This document shows positions 49,821-63,863 of a DNA stretch of 64,000 nucleotides, one piece after another. This DNA comes from Octopus sinensis (taxonomy: Eukaryota): contig NC_043000.1 of assembly GCF_006345805.1 (NCBI RefSeq), forward strand, positions 155,248,001-155,312,000, given 5' to 3'. The number at the start of each line of letters is the position of its first letter. Position 1 is the stretch's first letter. The notes below the pieces were generated by a model. It ran no database searches. It had not been told where the DNA came from and saw nothing but the letters and a program-made list of their open reading frames with translations. A program made the position numbers and the translations under genes.

Positions 49821-52800
49821 GTGCATGCGTACTGACAAAAGATACGAGATTCACAGTCACGTTTACGCATCGAACTAATAACATTTGCCTAACCTAGCGG
49901 CTTTCCTCGACTAAATTCGAGCTGGTTGCTTTTGAAAACCAAAATAAACAAATTGAAGTAAATAAATATAATAAATAAATAAATAAATATATTGAAGAGA
50001 TGAGATTAGAAGAAAGCTAAATATGTAAAAGACAGCTAAAGAAAATAATGGAAGGATAAAAATAAAGAAATGAATAATTGAAATAGAATATAGTGATCAA
50101 TATTCTTCTCGAAAATTCGAAAATGTTGCTGTTTCTTGTCTCCATTTATCCGCGAAGCTAAACTATATGGCATTCCAAAGAATGAAAAACTCGACAACAC
50201 GCAAGTCGGGGCGACTTTAGTTTCCGTTGTTTTCTCTTAAAAACACACACACACACACAAATTACGAGAAAACAACAGCAACAAAATCAATTTTGGACAT
50301 AGTGCTGTTGCTCCGTATTTTGTGAATAAGGTTTGGCTTTTCTTTTGTCCGAAGATATATTCAGAGTTGTTTCTTTTCTTCGATTCTCAAATACCAAAAT
50401 ATCTTTTTTTAGTCTTTCGTGATGTAAAAAACGTAATCTTTGAGCATGAGAACGTTAACAGGCTGAATGTACAGGAATCTACATAATCGACAGATGTATA
50501 TAAGCATATATGTGTATCTGTGTATATGGACGTTTGTGTGTCTATATATATATATGTATATATATAAATTTATGGTTTATTCATTAGGCCTGACAATGTT
50601 GGTCGACAATCGTTTGGCAGATATCAAACATTCAATATACACGCACGCTCACACATAAATGCATGCACACGCGTCTGCAAACGTGTATAAATTTATGCGG
50701 CTGTGCGTAGAGAGAGGTAGAGAGAGAGGGGAGAGGAAGAAAGAGAGAGCGAACAAAAGAGACGCACGCACATATTTTTGTTTGTTGAAAGTGTTTGAGA
50801 TTTACAAGGAGTGAGGGGAGACGTGTTGCTCTGGTTCATGGACAAATGGATGTTAGAGAGACATAGTGAAAGAACAGAAGTTGTTTCGTCGAACCATTAC
50901 AATATATTTATATATATATATTACCAATACAATGTGTATTTGTTGATGATTATGTTATTTACAACCGACCTAGTAACATTAAACGGAAGTGAAACTAAGC
51001 AGAAAATATCGGTTGCTCGCCCTGTTGGACACATTTGGCTCATACTTCCGGCATCAAATATATGTCATCGATCTACTGACAGATAATTGTAGTGTATGAT
51101 TTGGACAACCCGTCAGACATTGTCTTCGTGCAGTGTATCATAATATAGGTCAGGTCGATGATTTCCATTTATCGTCAAGTTATAAACATTCTAGGATTTG
51201 ACATCTGCACAGCAAACCAAATGGCTAAGAAATGTTTGTCGAACAAGAAGATAACTTGTCAGTTATACAATGTTTACAGTGGTGATTCCGTTCACTTAAA
51301 TATTTATTTATGCCAATTTAGTGACTTGGCCAAGAGTACAACACTGAACTGATAACTTCATGTAAATTATATACCCTGCGACTGGTACTTTGACACCTCA
51401 CAGACCAGGCTAGTGGCACAGCTATACAATTTTAGAAACTTCCGGGGCAACATGAAATAATTCTTTTTAGTACATTGAATTTCGAAGCTGATTAAGCAAC
51501 AAATAATAGTGTTTTCTATCCCAAAAGGCTCTTAGGATAGAAAAGTAGAAGGCTTTACAGGAGATGTGGGTTCGTGTCCAATGGGCAGCCTTCGACTTAT
51601 TTTATCCAAAGAGTTTTTAACCCAATATTTACACACTGTTATTTATAGCTTTATTTGCTTCAAGATTCACCGTTCCATAAACAAGCTTATTAGTATTTGA
51701 ATCTTTTAGTTAATACAGAACAGCATATTCGGTTAACGAAATAACCAATGTTTAAGATCCATAGAGCTTCTTATTATTGGAATATAAATGTATTTATCAC
51801 GAATGCGGTACCTTCAGGTAAGACATCATGTGATATCTGTCTTTTATATGATATTCATGTCTTGCGTAAATCGATTTGGTGACGCATAATGTGCTATATG
51901 CAGTTTATCTGATCGGTGCGGTGTTCACGTGATGTTCGTCATGTGATATATATCGCCTGTTTTTTGGTACCATACTCATATGATATTTGTCCATTATCTG
52001 ATCGATATCATTTCCTGTGATGTTTAACTGTCCATCAGTTAAGTAAAATATCGAGTAATTATTTGTTGGCATTTTGATCGCTAAGATATTCGTATTTACG
52101 GTCCAACTGATCGTTGTGATACCCTGTGACTTTTCATCATACATTTCATCGGAGAAATATGTGTTGTAATATTTGTCATTCGTCTGATCAATGACATTAT
52201 GTATAGTAAATCATGTGATCGAAACCACCAAATCAGTCAGATTGGTCGGATATGCAATACTACAACAGATATCCACAGTAGAGTGCTATATATATTATCT
52301 CTGGTTAACTTCCGTAGAGAATACATGACCTAGTTGATAAATTATTGACATTGTCACATCTTCGTAATCTACGGATGGGACATTCACGATAATAACATTT
52401 GTTAATTCTAACCCCACCTACATCACCAATCACAACAGCAACAACACAAATGTTGCTGTTGTGTTGTTATTTAGCCTCGAGTTAACCCTGATCGAAAGGG
52501 CTTATGATTAAAACGTCCCATCTTTGACTACACTGCCTCTTAGTATATCAAAAGTTGTGTCCTTCTTTATTTGATATAAAAGGTCGTGATTTGTAACCGA
52601 GTTGGTTGCTATTGTAGCAGCTTGTGGGATGAGAAAATTAAGAAATGTACTTGCCTGTGCCAGATCAGGAGCTCACAACAATTAGGAGTGTGAAGTTTCT
52701 CATCCTAACAATATTAAGATACCAGGACTGTTGGAATTCTTAACAATGTAATCTGTGTCATGTCAAGTAGGCAACTAGTCTTTTAAATATTTAATTTGCT

Positions 52801-53346
52801 AGAAAGCGTAACTAAATACCAGTCCTACGATACTTGAAGTTCATTCATAAATAATGCAGAATAAAAACATCAGGTAGTTCTATTTATTTCATAGTTTAGA
52901 AAACCGTATATATTTTGGATCTGTTTGATGTTTATTTGAATATGATATATCGCCACTCTTTAGTGCCTTAATATGCCATATGATTATCAAACATGTCTAC
53001 TTATAAAGTTATATGTTGTATGGTTATGAAATGGTCTTATGGTGTTATAATAATGGTGATAGTGGTTATAATTTGGAATAAGGTTGTTACAGATTATTGT
53101 GAGCTGAGTCCTGATCGAACTTATATACTATCAAATGCTTAATATCTATTACCATAGTCATTTTTTTTTCATACGTATTGCAACTGAGACTATGTTATGC
53201 TAATATGACATTTTCAGAGACGGCATGGTGTGATATGAAGGAAATTTTGTTGCTATTTCAAATTGTCCGAGCGATTGCATAGAGGCTCGATATGCGATAT
53301 AGTTATAATAGGGCAGCTATGATGAAGTAGTAGTTGTATTTACATG

Positions 53347-53759
53347 GGCACAGGAGTGGCTAGGTGGTAAGAAGCTTGCTTCCCAACCACATGGTTCTGG
53401 GTTCAGTCCTACTGCGTTGCACCTTGGGCAAGTGTCTTCTACTATAGCCTCGGATCGACCAAAACCTTGTGAGTGGATTTGGTAGACGAAAACTGAAGCC
53501 CGTCGTATATATGCATGTATATGTATATATATATATGTGTGTGTGTATGTGTGTGCATGTACGTATGTACTTGTGTTTCTGTGTTTGTCCTCCCCACCAT
53601 CGCTTGCCAACTGATGTTGGTGTGTTTACGTCCCGTAACTTAGTGGTTGGGCAAAAGAACCCGATAGAATAAGTATTAGGCTTACAAAGTATAAGTCACG
53701 GGGTCGATTGGCCGCAGTCAAATGACTGAAACAAGTAAACGAGTAAAAGAGTAAAAGAG
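53347..53759 (+). mobile_element. SINE family B copy
   Basis: Full length with (AAGAGTA)n tail. Confidence 0.88.
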
Positions 53760-54551
53760 CAATACCCTTTTTGTCTCTCCATTCTACATCAATCTATTCT
53801 ATATATCTCAATGCATCTGTCAGATTGTAGCAGCAGTTTTACTCCGAGGATTAGCTTTGAAGAACCTGCTAAACTACGTGTGACTAGCCAGTGGTACTCA
53901 AACCTCTGTGGTCTATGATTTCATTGAACTTGGTACAGAGCGGAAATTGAACTATCAGCTGACTCTTGAATCTAGGTTAACCTTTATTTCAGTCGCTGTC
54001 TTCAGCTGCATTGATCTTAGGACGCGTATATAGATAATTGATCCTTGAACAACGCGGTAATTTTATAATCAGTTACCGTACTGCTCAATTTCCTTTGAAA
54101 GTAACCTTTCCCTTTAATTTCATTATCAACGGATGTGCAACAGATCAGCGACGTGGTTGACAGGTGTAAGGACGGGTAGATGAAGCTGCAAACATAGACG
54201 GATCAGGACATAGGATCAATGACACAGAGATTTAGTTAAATTCGGAAGCAATCTGAATGCCCATTTTAGAAACACACATTACCCTTTGGCATTGATTATT
54301 GGAAAGGATTCTGTCTAAAGGTCACTAATATGTAATCACTTTGAGTCTTCAAAAGATGCCACCAAATCGACAAAGCTCTAAAAGAAAACTTTAGAATTTT
54401 TGCAACACTGTGAAACCTTATAAGAATTCTTGGAACCCACGCCTTTGGACAATCAAAATGCAGAAAGTGATATGCTGGTGCTTAGAAGTGAAGTTCCCAT
54501 ATATCCTACACGCATACAATAGCGTAAATACTGTACGCACGTATACACACA

Positions 54552-54595
<44 letters not shown>

Positions 54596-55503
54596 CTTAG
54601 ATGCATGTCGTTTTGTAGAATAAAAAAACTGACGAGAACTAATGCTACGCCGATTTACAGAAAACGTCTACAACACGCTGATGGAAGTGAACTCCAGAGA
54701 ATCAACAATCGGGATATTGCTCACAGGAGAGGAATGATTTGCGGTGGCTTAAAACTTCAATTACCACTGTATTCCTCCCTCAGCCATCGATAACGAAACC
54801 ACAAACCTTTCTGGTAGATGAAAACTGAGAAATTTTGTTCCGCCGGCGAGTCATATCATGAGTCCATAAAATCGAGAGGCACAACAGAGCCGTTTACAGT
54901 AGTGTAGAGAAAGAATATGTTATATAATCAACACTTTTAGACTCACGTTTAGAATGTTGTCTAATCCTTCAGAGAGAGTATTTGTAGTGATTGTATTATG
55001 TTTATCTTCAGAAGGCTTGTCTTGAAAGCAAAGCTAATGACAGGATCACCAGATACTCACTGAATACTGAGTCGCGAACATTGATTGAGGAGTTGATAAG
55101 TAACACAGCGTTGACATATTTTCCACAGCACATGCAAAGCCTGAAGTACTCCTTCGGCCGGCTTAAAGGAAACTCTGCGTTGCACTTACTTTTACATAGA
55201 AGACAAAATACTGTGCACAACTGCATTTGTCTCAACAACATACTATCACAGTGTCACTATAAATAAACAAGATGAACGTAAGAATCGAGACGTCTTGCGA
55301 TGGTTGGACAGCCTGTACGATAACGTCAGAAACAAAAGATAATTCAAAGATAATTCAGCTTATAAACGATGAGGAAAATCTCTACAATTATTTTCATTAC
55401 AAAAAAGTAGACTGTTTGCAAACTTCCTGCCGAAATGTTAAACTGTTTTCATTCTACATGCTTTAGGTACCTTGCAGCAAATTTGAGGTACTTGACCTAA
55501 TAT

Positions 55504-55888
55504 GGAAGCACTCCGTCGGTTACGACGACGAGGGTTCCGGTTGATCTGAATCAACGGAACAGCCTGCTCGTGAAATTAACGTGTAAGTGGCTGAGCACTC
55601 CACAGACACGTGTACCCTTAACGTAGTTCTCGGGGATATTCAGCGTGACACAGAGAGTGACAAGGCCGGCCCTTTGAAGTACAGGTACAACAGAAACAGG
55701 AAGTAAGAGTGAGAGAAAGTTGTGGTGAAAGAGTACAGCAGGGATCACCACCATCCCCTGCAGGAGCCTCGTGGAACTTTTAGGTGTTTTCGCTCAATAA
55801 ACACTCACAACGCCCGGTCTGGGAATCGAAACCGCTATCCTATGACCGCGAGTCCGCTGCCCTAACCACTGGGCCATTGCGCCTCCAC
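55504..55888 (-). mobile_element. SINE family C copy with 14-bp TSD
   Basis: ACTTGAC(C/T)TAATAT at 55490-55503 and 55889-55902. Confidence 0.95.
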
Positions 55889-56236
55889 ACTTGACTTAAT
55901 ATACCTACCCGGTATCTGACTAACGAAAAGGCTGTTCTACAGTGAGCTACAGCAGTTTCATTTTAAGCCGGAATGATTTAATTATATACTTAATGTAACC
56001 ATGAAATACAATTTGCCATAACATATAACACTTAGGAATACACAACCATAAATCGAGTCAAATGCTTTTATAATCTAAGACTTTCTTGTATTATAAGTCA
56101 TCAAGGAGAAAAGGGCCAGAGCTGTAGATCAAAAGAACAAGCCACTGGTTCTCAAGAGAGCGTCTACTTAGACCTTACATTCACAAATTATTTTTGTTTA
56201 CATGGTACAGTATGTTATTTGTTTATATTATATGAA

Positions 56237-56807
56237 TAAAGAGTAAAGATCTCCTCCGGACATGAATGATCATGGGATTACATCTAGAACAGTGGTTTTC
56301 AACCAGGGTTCCGCGGAACCTTAGGGTTCCGCCAGTACAGTGCAGGGGTTCCGCAAGAAGTTACAAAACTGCTAAAATCGGCAGTAATTTTAAAGTCTCC
56401 TGTGCAGATATGTGTGCAAAAGACTATTAAATTATTGCACAGGGGTTCCTCGAGCCAGTGGAATGTTTCCTTGGGGTTCCGCTCCAGCAAAATGTTTGAG
56501 AAGCCCTGATCTAGAAAGTTACCTGCCGCGGCACAAGCCTGGGCGAGGTTGTTTATGGAAGACCTGCAGTCGCTCATGCATACCAGCCACCCTCTCCGTG
56601 CCACCGATGTTATCCAAAGGAACGGCAAAGGCCAATACAACCAGGCACCAGTGACGTAGCAACCCATTTCTACAGTTGAGTGAACTGAAGCAACGTGAAA
56701 GAAAGTGTCTTGCTCCAGAGCACAACACACAACTCGGTCCAGGAATCGAACTCACTACCTCATGATTGTGAGACTGACGCTCTAACCACTGAGCCATGCG
56801 CCTTCAC
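56237..56807 (-). mobile_element. SINE family D copy split by a hAT MITE
   Basis: tRNA-like head GTGAAGGCGCATGGCTCAGTGGTTAGAGCG; 3' end resumes left of the MITE and matches 12835-12875. Confidence 0.88.
56290..56508. mobile_element. hAT (Charlie-type) MITE, 219 bp
   Basis: Same family as 44646; TSD ATCTAGAA at 56282-56289 and 56509-56516. Confidence 0.93.
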
Positions 56808-57109
56808 TCGCTTCTGTATGAGTATTGTATATCATAATGTAGGTCTATATCTTTGTAACATGATATGGCGGTAAGTAGTAAAATGATAGTAGAGTAGAAA
56901 ATATGGATGTAATATGGAACAAATGCTGGTCCATCACAATTCTAAATTTGACTCAAACCGGTGGCCATTACTTTTATCTTTTCAACCCCCGCCTCTTTGA
57001 TCAATACTATAACCATCAATAATAAAATGGTCAATATTTCATCATCTAAGAAAGAAAGAAATAATTGTATATACGACGCTGACGTGATGAAGACAAAGTT
57101 AAGGATGAT

Positions 57110-57234
57110 GTTTATAATAGTAGTAGTAGTATAGTAGTATAAGTAGTAGTAGTAGTAGTAGTAGTATAGTAGTAGTAGTAGTAGTAGTAGTAGTAAGGTA
57201 ACAGTAGTAGCATTACTATTATTATTATTATTAT

Positions 57235-57267
<33 letters not shown>

Positions 57268-57298
57268 CAGTAGTTGTAGTAGTTGTAGTAGTAGCAGC

Positions 57299-57354
<56 letters not shown>

Positions 57355-57540
57355 TGTTAGTAGTAGTAGTAGTAGGAACAGCTGCTGCTGCAGCAGTTGT
57401 ACTAATAGCAGCAGCAACAGTAGTAGCGGTAGTGATATTAACAACAGTAGCGGTGCGTGTGATGGTAGTAGTAGTAGTATAGTAGTAGTAGTAGTATAGT
57501 AGTAGTAGTAGTAGTAGTGGCGCTAGCAGCAGGAAGTGCT
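57110..57540. repeat. (TAG)n/(TAT)n mosaic
   Basis: Seen directly. Confidence 0.95.
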
Positions 57541-57724
57541 TGGTTAATTGCTTGTAGTAATGATACTGTAATTATGAAGTTTAATGTATAATGATGGTGT
57601 TGTTATTGTTGTTGGTGTCTATATGAGATGCTTTCTGTTTTCATGTTATTGATGTTGATGATGTTACAGCTGTGTTTCTGCTGTGGCAGTCTACAACAAC
57701 AACAACAACAACAACAACAATAAT

Positions 57725-57957
57725 AATCCTTCCTACTAAAGGCACAAGGCCTGAAATTTTTTTGTGGGGTGGAGAAGTAGCTAGTCGATTATATCGACCC
57801 CCCCCCCCGCCAGTCGTAACTTGTGCTTATTTCATCGATTGCGATTCGATGAAAGGCAAAGTCGACCTCGGCGGAATTTGAAGTTCGAACGTAAAGACGG
57901 ACGAAATGTCGCTAGGCATTTTGTCCGGCATGCTAACGATTCTGCGACATCGCCGCC
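57725..57957 (-). mobile_element. SINE family A copy
   Basis: Embedded between (AAC/AAT)n runs. Confidence 0.85.
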
Positions 57958-57995
57958 TCAATAATAATAACAATAATAATAATAGTAATAGTAAC

Positions 57996-58105
<110 letters not shown>

Positions 58106-58119
58106 TGATGATGATGATA

Positions 58120-58330
58120 ATTTCAAATTTTGGCTCAATTCCAGCATTTTGGGTGGGGGATAAGTAGATTACATCAACGCCAATGTTTCACTGGTATTTA
58201 ATTTATCGAAACCGAATTGATGAAAGGCAAAGTCGACCTCGCCGGAATTTGAAACCAGAACGTAAAGATGGACGAATTGCCGTTAAGCATTTTCCCCCTG
58301 CATTCTAACGTTTCTGCCAGGTCGTCGCCT
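58120..58330 (-). mobile_element. SINE family A copy
   Basis: Embedded between (AAT)n runs. Confidence 0.85.
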
Positions 58331-58368
58331 TAACAACAACAACAGCGACGACAATAATAGTAATAATG

Positions 58369-58420
<52 letters not shown>

Positions 58421-58502
58421 TAATAATGATAATAACGTTTCCTATAAATAGGAAATGTTATGTGACGTTAAGTCTAATAATTGAAGTAAAATTATTATAG
58501 CA

Positions 58503-58544
<42 letters not shown>

Positions 58545-59150
58545 GTGATGACGTCGACGATGATGGTAATGATGTTGTTTTGGACAATATTGGTGGTTTT
58601 GCCATATTGGTGGTGGTGCTGTTGTTGTTGTTGGTGGTGGTGTGGGTGGTTTTTGGCAGGGTATCTGTAGTTGTCTCTTAATGACATCAATTGATATAGT
58701 AACTAAGATGATTATGACGATGTTGGTGATGACGACGTTGACGATAACACGACGACGATGATGGTGATGTTGATGAAGAGTGGGAAGGAAGCTGGGGAGA
58801 AGCAGGAAAACAACGACGGTAGAAAGATTGATGGTTAGGGTGGGCTGATTATGCGCATATAATTGAGATGGAATAACGGTAGTGGCAGATGCAGTATGTG
58901 TTTCATGGAGTTGCAATAGGGAAGATGAGAATAAGAACGAGGATAACTAGCGAGAAGACGATGGTGACGACGACGACGACGAGGAAGACGACGGCGGCGA
59001 TTAGGATCACGATGATAACGATGACAACGAAACGAGGACGACTAGGAAGAAGACGATGGTGGGGCGATGACGACGGCTACGACGACGATGATGATGATGA
59101 CGATGATGACAACGATGACGACGTGGTGGCAGATGCGGAGGATGCATAAC
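58330..59150. repeat. (AAT)n, (GAT)n, (GAC)n degenerate mosaic
   Basis: Seen directly. Confidence 0.9.
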
Positions 59151-59256
59151 GAAATAGAACTGGTGATGAAGGGCTTAGAGTGTAGGGAGAAGAAAAATTG
59201 AAATACATTGTTTGAGTTTAACCCCTATACCAGTCTGCCACCTACATGGCCTTACT

Positions 59257-59575
59257 TTTGCTTTTTGAGCCAATAAAAATTGAATTGAATTTAATTGAAT
59301 TGAATTGAATTGAATATCAAAAAGCTCTATCTGCGACGATTTCATCTCAATCGAAGGAGAGGGGCTTTCTCCGTTCGGGTTGCGGATCCGTGGAATAAGC
59401 TGCCGGACGAGATAGTGAAGATGCCGACGACCGCTCGGTTCAAAGTCTCCCTTGACCACAAGTGGCCTGAACTCTTTACATGAACACCACCCTGTACATA
59501 ACTCCATGTCCCCCTACATGGCCTTGCTTTTTGCTTTTTGAGCCAAAAAATTAACTAACTAATTAACTAACTAAC
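59257..59575 (+). mobile_element. Two stacked CR1-like 3' ends
   Basis: 59322-59483 encodes KLYLRRFHLNRRRGAFSVRVADPWNKLPDEIVKMPTTARFKVSLDHKWPELFT*; UTR CTACATGGCCTT.CTTTTTGCTTTTTGAGCCAA occurs twice. Confidence 0.85.
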
Positions 59576-59789
59576 ATATCATATTGTTTTATTGTATATT
59601 TGTGACTACATTTATCCACTGTGCCCTTTCTCCAAGCAGTTTCGTGCACGAAATGGCGATTAAAATTTCCTCCCAATCAAATCACATCTCTTAGATGTGA
59701 TTTAATGGACAGGAGGTTTTGATTTCCTTTACTAGTAAGAAACCCGGTCGTGTATAAACACCCTGGTTATGTTTTAGATTTTGTAAAAG

Positions 59790-60720
59790 TAAATAAGATG
59801 CTGAGGTGATGATGTCTGGTGCAGTGTGATTTTGTTGGTGAGATGTGATTGTATTACGAAGATGTTAATATCGTGGTATGTGGTGTTGTGAGGCTGTTTA
59901 GATGGCGATATGTGGACTGTAGGGTTTGCTAAGATAGTGTCTGTATTGTGAAGAAGTTCAGACTGGGATGAAGACAATTGTGAACCTGTTTAGATGGCAA
60001 CATGGAGTGTTGTAAAGATGTTAAAAATAATGAGTAAGAAGTATGTTGTTAGGGTGATATATAGTGTTGTGAAGATGTTGCCAGTAGTGTTCTATGGTAT
60101 AGTGAAGATGTTGTTGTGATGATATACGGTGTTGTGAAATATGGTTTTGCAATATATGATGTTGTGAAGTTGTTGGAATAGTGATATATGATGTTGTGAA
60201 GACGTTTGCATAGTGAAGTCTGTTGTGAAGTTTCTGGTGTGGTGATGTGTGGTGTTGTGCTGATGGTATGATGATGCATGGTGATGTGAAACCGTTGGCA
60301 ACAGTGTTGCATGGTGTTGCGAATATGTTGGTATGTGATAATGATGTTGTGAAGTTGCTGACATGATCATGTAGTGATGTATAATATTGTCAGGTGTCTT
60401 GAAAATGATGGTATAGTGATGTATGATGTTGTAAAGATATCGGAATGGTGATGTGTGGTGCTACGAAGATGCAACTCTGATGATGTCTGAAGTTAAGATG
60501 TTTGTGTCTCATTAAGTGATGTCGTGAGCAATAGTGAGAGTAATGTGCAGTGTTGTGAACATGTTTGCTTAGGGATAGGCAGTGATGTGGTACAATGGAA
60601 ATATTGACATGGAGATATGGAACTGTAAATTATTGAGATCATGGTGATGTGTGGTGATTGTGAAGGCTTGAGATGTTGATTGTTTGCTGTAAGACAGATG
60701 TGGGGAATGCGTTCTTTGTT
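59790..60720. repeat. Degenerate GT-rich minisatellite (GATGTTGTGAAG-like units)
   Basis: Recurrent TGATGTTGTGAAG / GTGATGTGTGGTG motifs. Confidence 0.7.
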
Positions 60721-60964
60721 GAGATATTGATAGAGTAACCTCAGAGTCAATACTGCTGAATTTCAATTTATGTAGGGAAATACGGACGACAAGATGAAAG
60801 GCAAATTCTACTCTGGATAGAGTAATAAACTGTTTCCACACTGAGGATTCTGACACCTACACAGAGAAATTGATAAGCACACATATTTAAATGCTTATGT
60901 TCGTGTGTATGTGCGTGCAAAGAATTAATAGTGTATATGTTTCAGTAAGAAAATAAAGCATTAA

Positions 60965-61206
60965 CCCTTTGCCTGTCCGAAGCCTTTTAGCCTTTTCATA
61001 AGTTTGTCCCAAACGGCCATGTTTGTTTTCAGACTTTTAATTGACTCTTGTTTCATACGTTCTGAGTAACAAAACCCTTTCCATTCATGTCCCAAGTTAC
61101 ATTAGTGGTTGAAAAATACAAAAGGAATGTGTATCATATATGATTCATTAACACCAGATAAATATATTCTTTACATCATATGTGATACAGAAGAGAGGCA
61201 AGGGGT
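60965..61206. mobile_element. Putative piggyBac-type MITE
   Basis: TTAA|CCCTTTGCCT ... AGGCAAGGGGT|TTAA (imperfect right TIR). Confidence 0.5.
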
Positions 61207-61624
61207 TTAAACAGCGATCCAGTGAAAGCAATCTCTCCATTAGGCTTATATAAACGTATACGATTATTGTAAATAAATTTGAAATTAATGAGCTTATGCA
61301 CGGGTATTTTAAATAAACTTTATGGAAACGAAGTCTTCAGTAACACTCGAATGAGCAACCGCACGTGTACGTAACACATCTATCTGCTCACATGAGTATC
61401 ATAAATATAAAGTAAATACGTGTATCTTTGTGTGTGAGTATGAACTCCCGTGTGAGTGGAAGAGTTGCTTTTGCTTTCATTGGTTTTATTTATTTGATTC
61501 AGGCTATGGTGGGGGCTACTTAAAGGGAAATAACCAGAGTAAAGGAAAGAGTACAATATAGTTTTGTTCCGCGTACCGGAATCTGCCATCTTTTACCGTT
61601 GCATCAATTAACATAATACAATTT

Positions 61625-61932
61625 ATGTATGTATGTATGTATGTATGTATGTATGTATGTATGTATGTATGTATGTATGTATGTATGTATGTATGTATGT
61701 ATGTTTGTATGTATGCATGCATGTATGTATGTATGTTTGTATGTATGCATGCATGTATGTATGTATGTATGTATGTATGTATATATGTATGTATGTTTGT
61801 ATGTATGCATGCATGTATGTATGTATGTTTGTATGTATGCATGCATGTATGTATGTATGTTTGTATGTATGCATGCATGTATGTATGTATGTATGTATGT
61901 ATGTATGTATGTATGTATGTATGCATGCATGC
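61625..61932. repeat. (TATG)n with 32-bp higher-order unit
   Basis: TTTG-TATG-TATG-CATG-CATG-TATG-TATG-TATG recurs. Confidence 0.9.
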
Positions 61933-62504
61933 ATTTATTTATATGTATATGTCACACACCCTCTCTATCTCGCTTTCTCTCTCTCTCTCTCTTTATATGT
62001 GTATATATATATATATATATATACAAAATAAGAAAATGGAGAAATACATCTAAATCATTAATCAACTACTATATATAAGCAGAGTTTGACACACAAATAT
62101 ACGGGTGCATGCATATATACATACACACGTACACACACACTGATGCACACGGGCATGCGTACACTTTTGACAAGCTTTCTTACAGTTTTTTTATCGAACC
62201 GAGGACCACGTGGTTCCTGTGCAAACGCCTCAATGCAACTTTGTTAAATACACATATGTTGATGTGTATTTAATCATTTAGTGTATGTTTCTTTATGAAC
62301 GATATAATTGTTACAGTGATGATTCTAGGACGAATATATATTGGTACCATGCATTGTATTTTACTACTACAGCTAATGCTTCAGATATTTCTGACCGCTG
62401 TTATTGTTGTGGTTGCAGCTGCTGTATCTATTGTTGTTGTTGTTGTTGTTGTTGTTATTGTTGCAGTTATGTCTTTGGCATTTAGTCTTATGTCGATACA
62501 TCAT

Positions 62505-62822
62505 ACTGCTATAGCCCCGGGCCGACCAAGCCTTGTGAGTGGATTTGGTAGACGGAAACTGAAAGAAGCATGTCGTATATATGTATATATATATATGTAT
62601 GTGTGTGTATGTGTTTGTGTGATTATCCCCCCTAGCATTGCTTGACAACCGATGCTGGTGTGTTTACGTCCCGTCACTTAACGGTTCGGCAAAAAAAGAC
62701 CGATAGAATAAGTACTGGGCTTACAAAGAATAAGTCCCGGGGTCGATTTGCTCGACTAAAGGCGGTGCTCCAGCATGGCCGCAGTCAAATAACTGAAACA
62801 AGTAAAAGAGTAAAGAGTAAGA
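62505..62822 (+). mobile_element. SINE family B copy, 5' truncated
   Basis: Core, internal microsatellite and tail. Confidence 0.88.
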
Positions 62823-63274
62823 GAGCCCGGTTATTAAAGTCATTCCAGCTATACCCACCTACTTATGCACATACATACATACATACATACATACATACAT
62901 ACATACATACATACATGTGCATGTGTGTGTGTGTGCATGTGTACGTGTGTATGGCGTGCGCGTGTTTGTGTGTCTGTGTTCACAAAGAGGTAGATGGAAA
63001 GGGTTACGTTCTGCAATATTCGTTTCATTACTGAAGATGTTTAGATGTGACATGTGGGACATTTGGCTGATATTTCCAGCAAGTCAAGCCCTTGTCATTT
63101 CGCTTGTTGCTATTGCACTGGTGATACCGTGGTTTTCTAATGGAGCTTTTTGTCGTTGTTATTATTATGATAGTAGTCGTGGTGTCATACAGATAATCGC
63201 AGGGCCGGAAGTTTCCATTGTGCTACATCTTGAATGATTTTGGATACAATTTCTGATTAGGTACAAAGCTAGTA

Positions 63275-63460
63275 ATTTTGAGAAGAGCCGGTTAGTTGAT
63301 TATATCGCACGGAATACTCAACCTGCACATTATTCTATCGAGACCGAAGGAATGTAAATCAAAGATGACCTCGGTTAGATCTGAACTCAGAACGAAAAGC
63401 ACCCGAAATTATACTGCATAGCATATTATGTCCAGAACGCTAACGATTGTGCCAATCCAA
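63275..63460 (-). mobile_element. SINE family A, old degenerate copy
   Basis: Partial similarity (TTTGAACTCAGAACG-like B-box segment). Confidence 0.5.
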
Positions 63461-63863
63461 GAGGAATAATAATAATGTTGTTGTTGTTGATTTTGCTGTT
63501 CATGGTAATGATAATGAGGAGGGGGGCGAGGAGGAGGAAGAGGGGAGGAAGGAGGAAGAGGAGAGGAAGGAGAAAGAGGAAGATGAAAGTTATGATGAAT
63601 ACGATTTAGTCCATTAACTCAACACGAGCAGCTCGTAAGGGAATCATATTATCAATCGATTACTTTAGTAAATGCCGAGTACATATATAATGGACATCAT
63701 GGATCGAATGGTAAATGGAATCGAGCAAGATTTGAAACCAGAAACACGAGCAGACGAATCTAAATGCTACCGTTTCTTCAATTCAACAGCCACATTTATA
63801 TTATTTTGTTTTTATTTTTTGTTACTAATCATTTAAAATATTTACAAGGACTATTTTTATTTT

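Noticed and set aside
53985-54010. Minus-strand CTGAAGACAGCGACTGAAA
   Set aside because: Helices I and III do not form.
59730-59770. ACTAGTAAGAAACCCGG, Helitron-end-like
   Set aside because: Hairpin incomplete and no matching TC end found.
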